A stretch of DNA of 64,000 nt from Verrucomicrobiota bacterium (GCA_021413925.1 JAIOPL010000004.1:128004-192003), one strand, 5' to 3'. Counted from the stretch's first letter, positions 16,865 to 28,625 are shown. The notes: a model not told the origin generated them from the sequence alone. Translations and numbers: made by a program.

Positions 16865-17905
16865 ATGACGCAATCATCCATCACTGAGCAGGAGGTCAGG
16901 ACAATCCTTTCCACTATTCCCTATCCGGGCTTCACCCGTGATATCATTTCCTTCGGTGTGGTGAAGGGGGTCACGCTGGGGGATGAGCTCATTATCCAGA
17001 TGGTCCTCTCCACGAATGACACTGGCGTGGCTTCGGAGTTGAGAAACCGAGTGACTCAAGCGCTCAGCGCTTCATTTCCAGGGATTTCCTCGAAGGTTCT
17101 TCTCGATGTCCAAGCGCCGGTCCAATCCTCGGGGCAGGGGCCTATTCCTATTCCTGGGATCCGTCATGTGATTGCGGTAGCCAGTGGAAAAGGAGGGGTT
17201 GGCAAATCGACCCTCTCAGTGAATCTCGCGGCTTCCTTGGCTTCCAGAGGGCTCAAGGTCGCGCTTTGTGACTGCGATCTCTATGGCCCGAGTGTCGCGC
17301 TCATGTGCGGTGCCAGTAAGCGTCCATCTTCCGACGAACAGGGAATGATCATTCCTCCGGAACATCATGGAATGAAGATCATGTCGATGGGGCTTCTGCT
17401 CGAGCAGGATTCTCCAGCAGTCCTGAGAGGTCCCATGGTGACGCGTTACACACAGCAGTTCCTGAGGAATGTCGCTTGGGGAGAAATCGATGTGCTCATC
17501 CTCGATCTGCCTCCTGGAACGGGTGATATCCAGTTGACCATCGTTCAGACGATCCCCCTGACCGGTGCTGTGATCGTGACAACGCCTCAGGAAGTCGCGG
17601 TGATTGATGCGCGCAAGGCTGTCTCCATGTTTCAGAAAACGAATGTCCCGATCCTGGGTATTCTTGAAAACATGGCCTATTTCGTGGCGCCGGGTGATAC
17701 GACACGGCACGAGATCTTCGGGTGCGGCGGTGGTGTCAGAGAGGCAACCCGGCTGGGGGTTCCATTTCTCGGTTCGCTGCCCCTAGACCCTGAACTGAGG
17801 ATCGCTTCTGACAATGGTGTCCCGTTGGTGCTATCGCATCCCGAACTCCCTGTTTCCAGCCTGATTCAGAAAGCCGCGGAATCCCTCTTGCCGGTGCTTC
17901 GCTGA
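16865..17905 (+). CDS. apbC: Mrp/NBP35-family Fe-S cluster carrier ATPase with N-terminal DUF59-like domain
   Basis: It has the deviant Walker A motif SGKGGVGKST and the Mrp signature around CDCDLYGPS. The N-terminal roughly 90 aa are MIP18/DUF59-like. Confidence 0.88.
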   Translation: MTQSSITEQEVRTILSTIPYPGFTRDIISFGVVKGVTLGDELIIQMVLSTNDTGVASELRNRVTQALSASFPGISSKVLLDVQAPVQSSGQGPIPIPGIRHVIAVASGKGGVGKSTLSVNLAASLASRGLKVALCDCDLYGPSVALMCGASKRPSSDEQGMIIPPEHHGMKIMSMGLLLEQDSPAVLRGPMVTRYTQQFLRNVAWGEIDVLILDLPPGTGDIQLTIVQTIPLTGAVIVTTPQEVAVIDARKAVSMFQKTNVPILGILENMAYFVAPGDTTRHEIFGCGGGVREATRLGVPFLGSLPLDPELRIASDNGVPLVLSHPELPVSSLIQKAAESLLPVLR

Positions 17906-17927
17906 CCCTAGGAGTAGGTTTAAAAAT

Positions 17928-18932
17928 CTACCGCTCCAGCATGCGCAAGGCATTCCTTGCAGAGCCAAGAAGCGCGGCCTCGTCATTCAGGACGACATTG
18001 ATAGGCATCGTCTCTAGGAGTGCCCTGAGCCGTCCTTTATTTAGAAAGCTTTCCAGGAAGAGCGGACGGCGGAGAAGTCGTAGGATCTTCGGTGGAATCC
18101 CCCCTCCGAGGAAGACTCCGCCCGTGGCCATGGTCTTGAGTGCCAGATTGGAAGCTTCTGCGCCGAGTGTCCGGACAAAGAGATCCATTGTTGAGATACA
18201 GAGTGGGCACGATCCGTCCGCTGAATGCCTGTCGATGACTGCCGGGCCATCCTGCTCCATCATCTCGAGGGCGATTTCAGGATTTTCGACTCCACGCCCA
18301 GTGTCGCGGAGAAAGCGGTAAATGTTGGTGATTCCCATACCCGAAACCACGCGCTCGAAGCTGACGCTGCCGTATTCGCGCCGAAGGAAGTTGAGCAGAT
18401 CTTGTTGGAGTTCGTCCGTGGGGGCAAAGTCCGCATGCCCCCCTTCGCTGGCCCAGGGTGTATGGCGTGTGCCGTCCCAGAATAGGCCTGCCTCACCCAG
18501 TCCCGTTCCGGGAGCTATGACGCACTGGTTCCCGGCCTGAGAACCGGAACCCGCCTGGAGTGGCGCAAGGTCGGTTTGACGCAGTGCCGCAAGTCCATAG
18601 GCCGTCGATTCGAGGTCGTTAAGCACCTCGACGCGTGGGACGCCGAGGAGCTTCGGAAGGGCATTGATCTCGATTTTCCAGCCAAGGTTAATTGGCGTGA
18701 CGTCGCCCGCGATGTTGGGTCCCGGTACGCCAAAGCAAGCTGTCCTGAGTGGGGATTCTAGGTTGAGATCCTTGAGAAAAAGGCCGACCATTTCCTCGAG
18801 AGAGGAGTGGTCCGCGCTATGGAATTTCGCGAAATGCAGACGGGTCATCTCCGCGTCGTTGCGGAAGACGGCCACGCGGAAATTGGTCCCGCCCAGATCT
18901 CCTGCGAGAATCAGGGCGGGAGAATCTGACAT
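17928..18932 (-). CDS. glk: Glucokinase
   Basis: 334-aa protein with the N-terminal ATP-binding motif AGDLGGTNFRVA and overall Glk-family layout. Confidence 0.85.
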   Translation of the reverse strand: MSDSPALILAGDLGGTNFRVAVFRNDAEMTRLHFAKFHSADHSSLEEMVGLFLKDLNLESPLRTACFGVPGPNIAGDVTPINLGWKIEINALPKLLGVPRVEVLNDLESTAYGLAALRQTDLAPLQAGSGSQAGNQCVIAPGTGLGEAGLFWDGTRHTPWASEGGHADFAPTDELQQDLLNFLRREYGSVSFERVVSGMGITNIYRFLRDTGRGVENPEIALEMMEQDGPAVIDRHSADGSCPLCISTMDLFVRTLGAEASNLALKTMATGGVFLGGGIPPKILRLLRRPLFLESFLNKGRLRALLETMPINVVLNDEAALLGSARNALRMLER

Positions 18933-18945
18933 ATACTGCAGAGGT

Positions 18946-20541
18946 CTAGAGACGGATGACCTTGGCGGTCGAGATATCAGCGTCAGATGTCACCTTGGCA
19001 AGCAGAGCCTCATCCGGTGCGGAGTCTAGGTTGAGTAGGGTTAGAGCCTGTCCGCCGACTTCATTTCGGCTCAGCGACATACTGGCAATATTGACGCTGT
19101 TCTGGCCGAGGAGGGTTCCAAGATGGCCGACGATGCCCGGACGATCCCGGTTCTCGAGAAGGAGGATGATGCCTGAGGGCACTCCCTCGACAAAGCGTCC
19201 GTTGATCGTGACGATGCGCGGCTTGGAGCCGTAAAGCGTGCCGCCAACGGATGCCGTGACGCCATCCTGGGTGATGGAGGCCTCGATGAGATCGGTGAAT
19301 TCTCCCGCTTCGCTCTGGCGTGTTTCGATGACTTCAAGTCCCAGGTTAGCGAGGATGGCGGGGGCATTGACGGGATTGACATCGTTGCCATGGGTATAAC
19401 GAAGGAATCCGGTGATGAGTTCACGGGTGACGGCCGTGAGATCTTGCTCGACGAAGCGACCGCTGAAGCGGATGGAAAGCTTCTCGGCGCGCTTGGGTGC
19501 GATCTGCGCCAGGAAGAGCCCGAGTTTACCTCCCAGTTCGATCCAGGGGCCGAGAATGGAAATGGTCTTGGCGTCGATATTCGGCATGTTGACGGAGTTG
19601 CGGATCTCACCCTGGAGCAGGGTAGCGCGTACAGCTTCGGCAATCTCGATGCCGACGAGTTCCTGAGCCTCTGCCGTGGAGGCACCGAGGTGAGGGGTGA
19701 GAACGAGATTCGGAACATCGCGGTGAGGCCATTCAGCGGGAACGGGCTCAACCTCGAAGACATCCAGGGCCGCACCGCCGATCTGGCCGCTCTTGAGTCC
19801 CTCGGCGAGGACATCCTCATCGATCAGTCCTCCGCGGGCGCAATTGACAATGCGGACGCCTTTCTTGAGCAGGGGAAGCTGTTTGCGACCGATCATGTGC
19901 TTAGTCTCTTCGGTCAGAGGCATGTGGACGGTTATGAAGTCTGCTTGAGGCAGGATGTCATCCACTTTGTCGACCACTTCGACCTGCAGGGACTTTGCCT
20001 TGCTGGCTGAGATGTAAGGATCGTAGGCAAGCACTTTCATGCCGAAGGCGATCGCCCGGCGGGCTACCTCGGTGCCGATGCGGCCCATGCCGAGGATGGC
20101 GAGGGTCTTGCCGTGAAGCTCGACACCCTCGAACTTTTTGCGGTCCCACTTACCGGCCTTCATGCTGGCATCGGCTTGGGGAATAAAGCGAGCGGTCGCC
20201 AGCATGAGTGAGAAGGCGTGCTCGGCCGTGGAGATCGTGTTGCCACCTGGGGCATTCATGACAATGACGCCGTGCTTGGTAGCGGCTTCCACGTCCACGT
20301 TGTCGATGCCGACACCGGCGCGTCCGACAACCTTGAGGTTTTTGGCAGCCGCGAAAACGGCCGGCGTGACCTTGGTCTGGCTACGGACCACCAAGCCGTG
20401 GAATTCGGGAATGATCGCTATCAGTTCCTCCTCCTTGAGGCCTGTCTTCACCACAACCTCGATAACACCTCCCTCGGCAAGGGCTTCCACTCCACGTTGG
20501 GAAACCGGGTCTGCGACGAAAACTTTTGGGATGCTGCTCAT
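18946..20541 (-). CDS. serA: D-3-phosphoglycerate dehydrogenase (long form with ACT domain)
   Basis: 531-aa protein with a 2-hydroxyacid dehydrogenase NAD-binding motif (GMGRIGTEVA). It has a C-terminal ACT-like segment, GIVGHLGTLLGQNSVNIASM. Confidence 0.92.
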   Translation of the reverse strand: MSSIPKVFVADPVSQRGVEALAEGGVIEVVVKTGLKEEELIAIIPEFHGLVVRSQTKVTPAVFAAAKNLKVVGRAGVGIDNVDVEAATKHGVIVMNAPGGNTISTAEHAFSLMLATARFIPQADASMKAGKWDRKKFEGVELHGKTLAILGMGRIGTEVARRAIAFGMKVLAYDPYISASKAKSLQVEVVDKVDDILPQADFITVHMPLTEETKHMIGRKQLPLLKKGVRIVNCARGGLIDEDVLAEGLKSGQIGGAALDVFEVEPVPAEWPHRDVPNLVLTPHLGASTAEAQELVGIEIAEAVRATLLQGEIRNSVNMPNIDAKTISILGPWIELGGKLGLFLAQIAPKRAEKLSIRFSGRFVEQDLTAVTRELITGFLRYTHGNDVNPVNAPAILANLGLEVIETRQSEAGEFTDLIEASITQDGVTASVGGTLYGSKPRIVTINGRFVEGVPSGIILLLENRDRPGIVGHLGTLLGQNSVNIASMSLSRNEVGGQALTLLNLDSAPDEALLAKVTSDADISTAKVIRL

Positions 20542-20737
20542 GATGAGATGGTGATGAAGTGTTGTTGGTTTGATCCTTCCGGCGTCTATTTGGACAAGCG
20601 GTTCAGAAGCAATTATTCATTACTAGGACTTGTCATTATCCGCAAACCGGAAACAAAAAAATCGCTCTCGCTGTGGCTTTTGTCTTTAAATTTCAAGATC
20701 GCTTTCACAAAGCCAAACTCCTTCTTTCTCATTGCCC

Positions 20738-21847
20738 ATGAACAATCCTGAATCGTCGAAAGAAGCCAGTGATGAGTTGCGACCGGATGGAACACATGAT
20801 GAGGAAACCGCTTCGGAGTTATCCCAGGTGGAACCTCAGCTTAGGCGCCGTCGACGCTCAGATCGCAATTCCCCAAAAGGTCTGTTTGCGAGGGCTGGTT
20901 CCCGTGACAGGGGTCGGTCTAGGGGTAGGGGAAGGTCTTCGAAGCGATTGGATGCCGAGCGCTTCATGGTGATTAGCAGCTTTATCCTAATTGTGGGATT
21001 GGCAGCCTTCGGCGGTTATTGGTTCGGCTCGAAATCAGTAACTTCGGGCAGGGCCGATGTATCGGCACCGAAATATGAAGAGGTTGTCCCTTCGGCAGAA
21101 TCAGATTCCCTGGTGGATTCCGGTTTTGCTGAACTCAGTAGCGGAGATTTCCGCAAAGCTTTCCTGGATTTTCAAAAAGTCCAGGAGTCTCAGGCAACAC
21201 TGCCCGGCATCGATTTTCTGGTAGGCAATTCCGCGCTCCAAGCCGGTGAAGTGACTCTCGCAAAAGAATCCTTGGGGCATGCTATTTCCAAGAACGAAAT
21301 GGATGCTGAGGCACGTGTCCTGATGGCTCTCATTACTCTCGAAGAATCCGATAAAAACAAGGATCAAGGGGGACCTAATGGAGGACAAATGACGGATCCT
21401 CTCGTGACGGCCGAATCGGAGCTGCGTCGCTATGCATCGACTCATCCGACGACTGCCTCCATCTACCGCAAGTGGGCTGAGATTCATCGACATAGGGGAA
21501 GCTATCGAACCGCCGCTGACCTCCTGCACAAGGCGGTGATCCGTGCTGATCTTGACGACAATATTTCTCTTCTCTCCGCGAAGGAGATTCTGACGAAACT
21601 CCAGAATCAACCTTCAAAAGAGGCTCCTTCGCTTGCGCTAATCACCTCAATGTCCGGAGAACAGGCGATGGGAGCTGCCCTCAGTGCCCTGCAGAATAAA
21701 TCGGGATCGGATGCCGTTTTTTTCCTGGAACGAGCAAGGGAGTATTATACACCCCGAATTTTCAAGGAACTCATGAAGGATATTGCTTTCGATGAGTACA
21801 GGACCGACCCGAAATTTGAAAAGTTCCTGAAATCCAGGTCTCCATAA
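20738..21847 (+). CDS. Hypothetical single-pass membrane protein with Arg-rich N-terminal tail and helical repeat (TPR-like) ectodomain
   Basis: It has an RRRRRSDR...RDRGRSRGRGRSSKR tail followed by a TM helix (FMVISSFILIVGLAAFGGYWF). The track start is TTG at 20732, so the ATG at 20738 is used. No family was recognised. Confidence 0.6.
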   Translation: MNNPESSKEASDELRPDGTHDEETASELSQVEPQLRRRRRSDRNSPKGLFARAGSRDRGRSRGRGRSSKRLDAERFMVISSFILIVGLAAFGGYWFGSKSVTSGRADVSAPKYEEVVPSAESDSLVDSGFAELSSGDFRKAFLDFQKVQESQATLPGIDFLVGNSALQAGEVTLAKESLGHAISKNEMDAEARVLMALITLEESDKNKDQGGPNGGQMTDPLVTAESELRRYASTHPTTASIYRKWAEIHRHRGSYRTAADLLHKAVIRADLDDNISLLSAKEILTKLQNQPSKEAPSLALITSMSGEQAMGAALSALQNKSGSDAVFFLERAREYYTPRIFKELMKDIAFDEYRTDPKFEKFLKSRSP

Positions 21848-21968
21848 CCCTAGGATTTTCTGATTTGCTTGTGAAAAATTTCACAAGCTCCCAAAAAGCA
21901 CTTGCCAGACGCGTCTCGCTTGATTGTTATCCGAGACTCATTTTTCTGACTTTCCCGAACTTCGACAC

Positions 21969-22799
21969 ATGGTTTTTTCACTACTCCCGATAGCCAGCGC
22001 GGAACTTTCCGCGGAGACGCCTGAGTTCCTGACTCATTCCTTCCTGGCCTGGTTCACCAATTCGATCCTCGTCACGGCGATCGTACTCGGGGCCATCATG
22101 TGGATCGTCCGCTCCTGCACCCGCAAGATCGAAGTCATCCCGGGGGCTGGTCAGAATTTTCTCGAGGCGGTCGTCGAGGGTTTTTACGGCGCCGTGGAGG
22201 GGATTCTTGGCGACAAGATGACACGGAAGTCTTTTGGCCTTCTTGGAACACTTTTCATTTTTATCCTGATCTCGAACTGGTTCGGCTTGCTGCCAGGCGT
22301 GGGTTCGATCGGTTGGCATGAGGGGGACAAATTCATTCCTCTCCTTCGCCCGGGGACCGCAGACATGAACATGACCATTGCCATGGCTACGGTGTCGATG
22401 GTTCTCTGGTTTTACTGGACGATGCAGGTCACCGGACCGGTTGCCTTCATCAAAGAACTCTTCGGCGTGAAAGGTGGCATGTCCGGACCAATTCTCTTTC
22501 TCCTGGTGCCCCTCTTCCTCTTTGTGGGCGTGCTGGAGGTTGTTTCCATCCTAGTTCGCCCCGTCTCTCTCTCGCTCCGACTCTATGGAAATATCTTTGC
22601 CGGTGAGAACATGCTCGCGACGATGATCAATATAGGACAAATTTTTCATTTCCCCCCTTGGCTCTCCTCGGTCCTGAGTTGCATTGTCCCCATTCCCTTC
22701 TACTTCCTGGAATTGCTTATCGGATTCCTCCAGGCAATGGTCTTCACTCTCCTGATTCTTGTGTACCTCCAACTCTCGACAGCGCACGAGGAACACTAA
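21969..22799 (+). CDS. atpB: F0F1 ATP synthase subunit a
   Basis: Multi-TM protein with the conserved LSLRLYGNIFAGE motif (essential Arg). It is the first gene of the atp operon. The ATG at 21969 is used instead of the track TTG at 21924. Confidence 0.9.
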   Translation: MVFSLLPIASAELSAETPEFLTHSFLAWFTNSILVTAIVLGAIMWIVRSCTRKIEVIPGAGQNFLEAVVEGFYGAVEGILGDKMTRKSFGLLGTLFIFILISNWFGLLPGVGSIGWHEGDKFIPLLRPGTADMNMTIAMATVSMVLWFYWTMQVTGPVAFIKELFGVKGGMSGPILFLLVPLFLFVGVLEVVSILVRPVSLSLRLYGNIFAGENMLATMINIGQIFHFPPWLSSVLSCIVPIPFYFLELLIGFLQAMVFTLLILVYLQLSTAHEEH

Positions 22800-22887
22800 G
22801 CTTATCTTTTAAAGACTTTTGGCAGCCGGGACCATGCGAGACGTGGACGACTGCCGGAAACAAAACAACAACAAACCAACACATCAC

Positions 22888-23130
22888 ATGCTCATCAACA
22901 TTCTTGCCGAAGCCCTGACTTCGGCCAACACGATCACTGGTAGTTTCACCCTCGGCGTTGCCGGAGCAGGGTCCGCCATCGGTATCGGTCTGATCGGAGC
23001 TCGCATGGTCGAGGCGATCGGCCGTAATCCCGCCACTCTTCCCAAGGTGCTCATGATCGGCATTCTGACCATCGCTCTGGCCGAGGCCATCGCGATTTTC
23101 GGTCTGATCTTCGCATTCCAGGGCAAGTAA
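22888..23130 (+). CDS. atpE: F0F1 ATP synthase subunit c
   Basis: 80-aa hairpin protein with a GxGxGxG helix, the RNP loop (GRNPA) and a carboxylate helix (ALAEAIAIFGL). The ATG at 22888 is used. Confidence 0.9.
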   Translation: MLINILAEALTSANTITGSFTLGVAGAGSAIGIGLIGARMVEAIGRNPATLPKVLMIGILTIALAEAIAIFGLIFAFQGK

Positions 23131-23138
23131 TCCTTCTT

Positions 23139-23177
23139 GGGCGGCGCCCCGTCAACGAGGCGCCGCTCAACCTTTTT
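23139..23177 (+). terminator. GC-rich hairpin (attenuator/terminator-like) between atpE and atpF
   Basis: The stem gcggcgcc/ggcgccgc (8 bp, extendable to 10) spans 23141-23166 with a 10-nt loop. A cttttta tract follows a few nt downstream. Confidence 0.5.
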
Positions 23178-23216
23178 AATAAACCAAAAAACATTATCGG
23201 GAGAATCTAACGGAAG

Positions 23217-23714
23217 ATGGAAATTTTAAAACAATTCGGAGTTGATTGGCCGCACTTTATTGCCCAGTTGGTTCTTTTCCTCATCGTTTACTTTGTCCTG
23301 AACCGCTTTGCCTTCGCTCCGTTGCTGAAGGTTCTGGAAGAACGTCGCAAGCGCATTGAGGAAGGACAGCTCAATGCTGAGAAGATCAAGAAGCAGCTTG
23401 CCGAAGCGGAACTCCGTTATCAGGAGATTCTCCGGAAAGCCAATGATGATGCTCAGGTGATGATTGAGGAGTTACGCAAGAGCAATGAGGCATTTTCCCA
23501 ACGGGAGATGGAAAAAGCTGTCAAGGAGTCAGCCGCTATTGTGGAACGGGCTCGCCACGAAATTACTTCCGAGCGCAACCGCATGGTCGACGAAGTAAAG
23601 CGAGAGATGGTTTCTCTTGTCGTCAAGACCACGGCCCAGGTCGCAGGCAAGGTTCTCTCACCCGAAGATCAGAAGCGCCTCAGTGAGGAAGCCTCCAAGG
23701 AACTCGCTTCCTAG
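23217..23714 (+). CDS. atpF: F0F1 ATP synthase subunit b
   Basis: 165-aa protein with an N-terminal TM helix followed by a long charged helix, at the expected operon position. Confidence 0.85.
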   Translation: MEILKQFGVDWPHFIAQLVLFLIVYFVLNRFAFAPLLKVLEERRKRIEEGQLNAEKIKKQLAEAELRYQEILRKANDDAQVMIEELRKSNEAFSQREMEKAVKESAAIVERARHEITSERNRMVDEVKREMVSLVVKTTAQVAGKVLSPEDQKRLSEEASKELAS

Positions 23715-23761
23715 GGCAATCTTGATCCGCTTTCCAGGAAACTCCCAACGTACCAACCACG

Positions 23762-24151
23762 ATGCAGATCCCCAAGGATGCCAAAATTAAGTCCAGGGAA
23801 CTCTTCGAGTCCTCACTCGATGACTCTGGACGCCCTGACAGTGCCAAGGCACTCTCCATCGCTGACCTCGTTGTGAATGCCGCCCCGCGTCACTCCGTTC
23901 AGATCCTCAGGGAGTTTGCGCGCCTGATCCGACTCGAGACAGCCAAGCATCACGCCGTGATCGAAAGCGCCGCCCTTCTCGACGAAGGAACCCGCGACTC
24001 GATTCTCAAGTCCCTGCAAGAACGGGATGGGGGAGCCGTCACGGTCGAAGTGAAAGTCGATCCAGTACTTATCGGCGGCGCTCGCATCCGTCTCGGAAGT
24101 GAAGTCTGGGATGCCTCGGTGCTGTCCCGTCTCTTAGCCCTGAATTCCTAA
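23762..24151 (+). CDS. atpH: F0F1 ATP synthase subunit delta (short form)
   Basis: It has the OSCP C-terminal pattern VDPVLIGGARIRLGSEVWDASV and the expected operon position. At 129 aa it is shorter than typical delta subunits. Confidence 0.75.
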   Translation: MQIPKDAKIKSRELFESSLDDSGRPDSAKALSIADLVVNAAPRHSVQILREFARLIRLETAKHHAVIESAALLDEGTRDSILKSLQERDGGAVTVEVKVDPVLIGGARIRLGSEVWDASVLSRLLALNS

Positions 24152-24213
24152 TTATCACCATTGCCTGTTAACCCTTCCTCTTCCTAAAACTCACCTTTCA
24201 ACACCCACAAACC

Positions 24214-25749
24214 ATGAGCAACCTCCTGCAAGAACTTGAAGCAAAGATCAGCGGTCTTTCCAACGCAACCGCTGCCAAATCCAATGTCGGAACCGTCCGC
24301 GAGATCGGAGACGGTGTCGCCCGCATCGAGGGACTCGGCGGCGTCATGCTCAACGAGATGCTCGAGTTCCCTGGTGGGATCTACGGCATCGCGCTGAACC
24401 TCGAGGAGACCGAGGTTGGAGCCATTATTCTCGGAGATTACACATCGATCTCCGAGGGGGACGAGGTGAAGACCACCGGGCGCCTGCTTGAGGTACCGGT
24501 CGGCAAGGAACTTCTCGGTCGCGTTGTTGACTCACTCGGACAGCCGATTGATGGGAAGGGACCCATCCAGTCGAAGACCTTCTACCCCGTCGAGAAGACA
24601 GCTCCCGGCATCATTAAGCGTCAGAGCGTCAGTCAGCCTCTCTGCACCGGCATCATGTCCATCGACGCGATGATTCCTATCGGTCGCGGTCAGCGTGAGC
24701 TTATCATCGGTGATCGAGCTACTGGCAAGACGACGATCGCCATAGACACGATCATCAACCAGGCAAACATCAACCGCTCGGGTGAGGCCTCCGGAGATCC
24801 TTCCTTCCGTCCTATCTACAGTATCTATGTTGGCGTTGGTCAGAAGAATGCGAACATCGCCCGTGTCGTCGACACGCTCTCCTCCCACAATGCCCTCCAG
24901 TACACGATCATCGTCTCTGCTCCCGCATCGGACAGTGCTTCAAACCAGTACCTTGCCCCCTTTGCCGGCGCGGCGATGGGAGAGTGGTTCATGGATAATG
25001 GCATGGATGCCCTGATTGTTTTTGACGATCTCTCGAAGCATGCCGTGGCTTATCGTCAGATTTCTCTGCTTCTCAAGCGTCCTTCGGGACGTGAGGCCTA
25101 TCCCGGTGATGTCTTCTACCTTCACAGCCGTTTGCTCGAGCGTTCCGCCCGTCTTAGTGAGAAGGCCGGAAACGGATCCCTCACGGCCCTTCCAATCATC
25201 GAGACCCAGGCTGGTGACGTGTCGGCCTACATTCCGACAAACGTCATTTCGATTACGGATGGCCAGATCTACTTGGAGACCGATCTCTTCTACCAGGGTA
25301 TCCGACCAGCAATTTCGGTCGGTCTTTCAGTCTCTCGCGTCGGTTCCGCAGCGCAGATCAAGGCGATGAAGCAGGTTGCCGGTAAGCTGAAGGGCGATCT
25401 TGCCCAGTTCCGCGAGCTAGCCGCCTTTTCCCAGTTCGGGAGTGATCTGGATGCCCGCACCAAATCTCAACTCGATCGCGGAGGGCGCATCGTGGAACTC
25501 TTCAAACAGCACCAGTATCACCCGCTTGCCGTGGAGCTTCAGGTTGCCATCCTCTGGACCATGCAGAAGGGGTACTTTGATGCAGTCGCGGTCGATCGGG
25601 TCAAGGACTTCCAGGATCAGCTTTCCCAGTTCCTAAACTCCCGCAAGGAGTCCCTCCTCGCACTTATCCTCAAGAAAGGTGCCGTTGATGCCGAGATCGA
25701 GAAAGAACTGACTGCGGCATTGGAAGAGTTCAAAGTCATTTTCCGCTAA
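24214..25749 (+). CDS. atpA: F0F1 ATP synthase subunit alpha
   Basis: 511-aa protein with the Walker A motif GDRATGKT and full-length alpha-subunit conservation. Confidence 0.97.
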   Translation: MSNLLQELEAKISGLSNATAAKSNVGTVREIGDGVARIEGLGGVMLNEMLEFPGGIYGIALNLEETEVGAIILGDYTSISEGDEVKTTGRLLEVPVGKELLGRVVDSLGQPIDGKGPIQSKTFYPVEKTAPGIIKRQSVSQPLCTGIMSIDAMIPIGRGQRELIIGDRATGKTTIAIDTIINQANINRSGEASGDPSFRPIYSIYVGVGQKNANIARVVDTLSSHNALQYTIIVSAPASDSASNQYLAPFAGAAMGEWFMDNGMDALIVFDDLSKHAVAYRQISLLLKRPSGREAYPGDVFYLHSRLLERSARLSEKAGNGSLTALPIIETQAGDVSAYIPTNVISITDGQIYLETDLFYQGIRPAISVGLSVSRVGSAAQIKAMKQVAGKLKGDLAQFRELAAFSQFGSDLDARTKSQLDRGGRIVELFKQHQYHPLAVELQVAILWTMQKGYFDAVAVDRVKDFQDQLSQFLNSRKESLLALILKKGAVDAEIEKELTAALEEFKVIFR

Positions 25750-25778
25750 AATAACCATATAACGCATACTGGTAGCTT

Positions 25779-26663
25779 ATGGCTAATACCCGCGACATCC
25801 GCCGACGCATTAAGTCGGTCAAGAACACTGCCCAGATTACGAAGGCAATGCAGATGGTCGCCGCATCCAAGATGCGCAAGGCTCAGCAGGCTGCCATGGC
25901 TGGACATCCCTACTCCCTGGTTCTCAACAGGGTCCTTGTTTCCCTGCGGGACATGGTGAGCGCGGACTTCCATCCACTGCTGGAGGTCCGGCCGGTGAAG
26001 AAGACGCTGGTCCTGCTTGTCACCTCTGACAAAGGGCTCTGCGGCGCTCTTAATACCAACGTGCTTCGAGAGGCGATGCTACTCGACCAGGAGAAGACTC
26101 TCTTCGTTGCCTCCGGAAAGAAGGGAGCCTCTTTTCTGGCAAGAACAGGGCGCAACATGATCGCTGATTTTGCACTGCCCGACAATCCAACCTTCCTTCA
26201 GACAAAAGCGATTTCTAAATTCTGCTTGGAGAAGTTCCTCTCCGGTGAAGTCGACCGCGTGGAGGTGCTCTATCCGAAGTTCGTTAACACGCTGGTTCAG
26301 AAGCCGCTCCTGGTTACTCTACTTCCCATCACGGATGACAAAGCCGCAGGAGTATCCCAATCGGTTAGTGAACAGGTGGCTATAGAGGCAACGGCAACAA
26401 CGGGAGCCCAGTTTCTGTTCGAACCGAATGCGGATGAAGTCCTCAATTCCGTTCTTCCCTATTACTTTCACTTCGAGGTGTTCCAGATGATCCTCGATGC
26501 CCGAGCTTCGGAACAGAGCGCCCGCATGGTTGCGATGAAGAGCGCGACCGACAATGCGAAGAGCCTCGTGAAGGATCTCACTCTTGAGTACAACAAGGCC
26601 CGTCAGGCCAGCATCACCACCGAACTTCTCGAAATCACAACCGCCCAGATGGCTCTTGCGTAA
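25779..26663 (+). CDS. atpG: F0F1 ATP synthase subunit gamma
   Basis: 294-aa protein with N-terminal IRRRIKSVKNTAQITKAMQMVAASKMRKAQ and C-terminal ITTELLEI motifs. Confidence 0.93.
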   Translation: MANTRDIRRRIKSVKNTAQITKAMQMVAASKMRKAQQAAMAGHPYSLVLNRVLVSLRDMVSADFHPLLEVRPVKKTLVLLVTSDKGLCGALNTNVLREAMLLDQEKTLFVASGKKGASFLARTGRNMIADFALPDNPTFLQTKAISKFCLEKFLSGEVDRVEVLYPKFVNTLVQKPLLVTLLPITDDKAAGVSQSVSEQVAIEATATTGAQFLFEPNADEVLNSVLPYYFHFEVFQMILDARASEQSARMVAMKSATDNAKSLVKDLTLEYNKARQASITTELLEITTAQMALA

Positions 26664-26678
26664 AAGCTAAAAACTTAA

Positions 26679-28214
<1,536 letters not shown>

Positions 28215-28625
28215 ATGAGCTCACTCCAACTCGAGATCGTCACTCCGGAGGCTCGCGTTTTCACGGGAAGTGCGCAGATGGTGATTGCTCCCGGGGTGGA
28301 AGGCGGTCTCGGCATCCTGCCGGACCATATGCCTCTCATGACGGAAATTATTCCTGGGGAGGTCATTGTAACCACAGAAGATGGCGAACTCTCCTTCGCC
28401 GTGGGCGGTGGCTTCCTGGAGGTCCTACCGGATCGTGTCTCCATTCTAACAGATATGGCGATCGTCGAGGCGGAGATCGACGAGAAGGCCGCCGAAGAAG
28501 CGGTAGCCCGTGCCGAACAGGAAATGCGCGACAAGGTTCTCTCCGGTGAGGAACTTGCCACAGTGCAGGCCTCCCTGCTTAGGTCCTTCGCGCAACTTCA
28601 CGTCAAACGTCGTTCTCATCGGTAA
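28215..28625 (+). CDS. atpC: F0F1 ATP synthase subunit epsilon
   Basis: 136-aa protein. Its start abuts the atpD stop (TAAATG), and it has a beta-sandwich plus helical hairpin pattern. Confidence 0.9.
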   Translation: MSSLQLEIVTPEARVFTGSAQMVIAPGVEGGLGILPDHMPLMTEIIPGEVIVTTEDGELSFAVGGGFLEVLPDRVSILTDMAIVEAEIDEKAAEEAVARAEQEMRDKVLSGEELATVQASLLRSFAQLHVKRRSHR

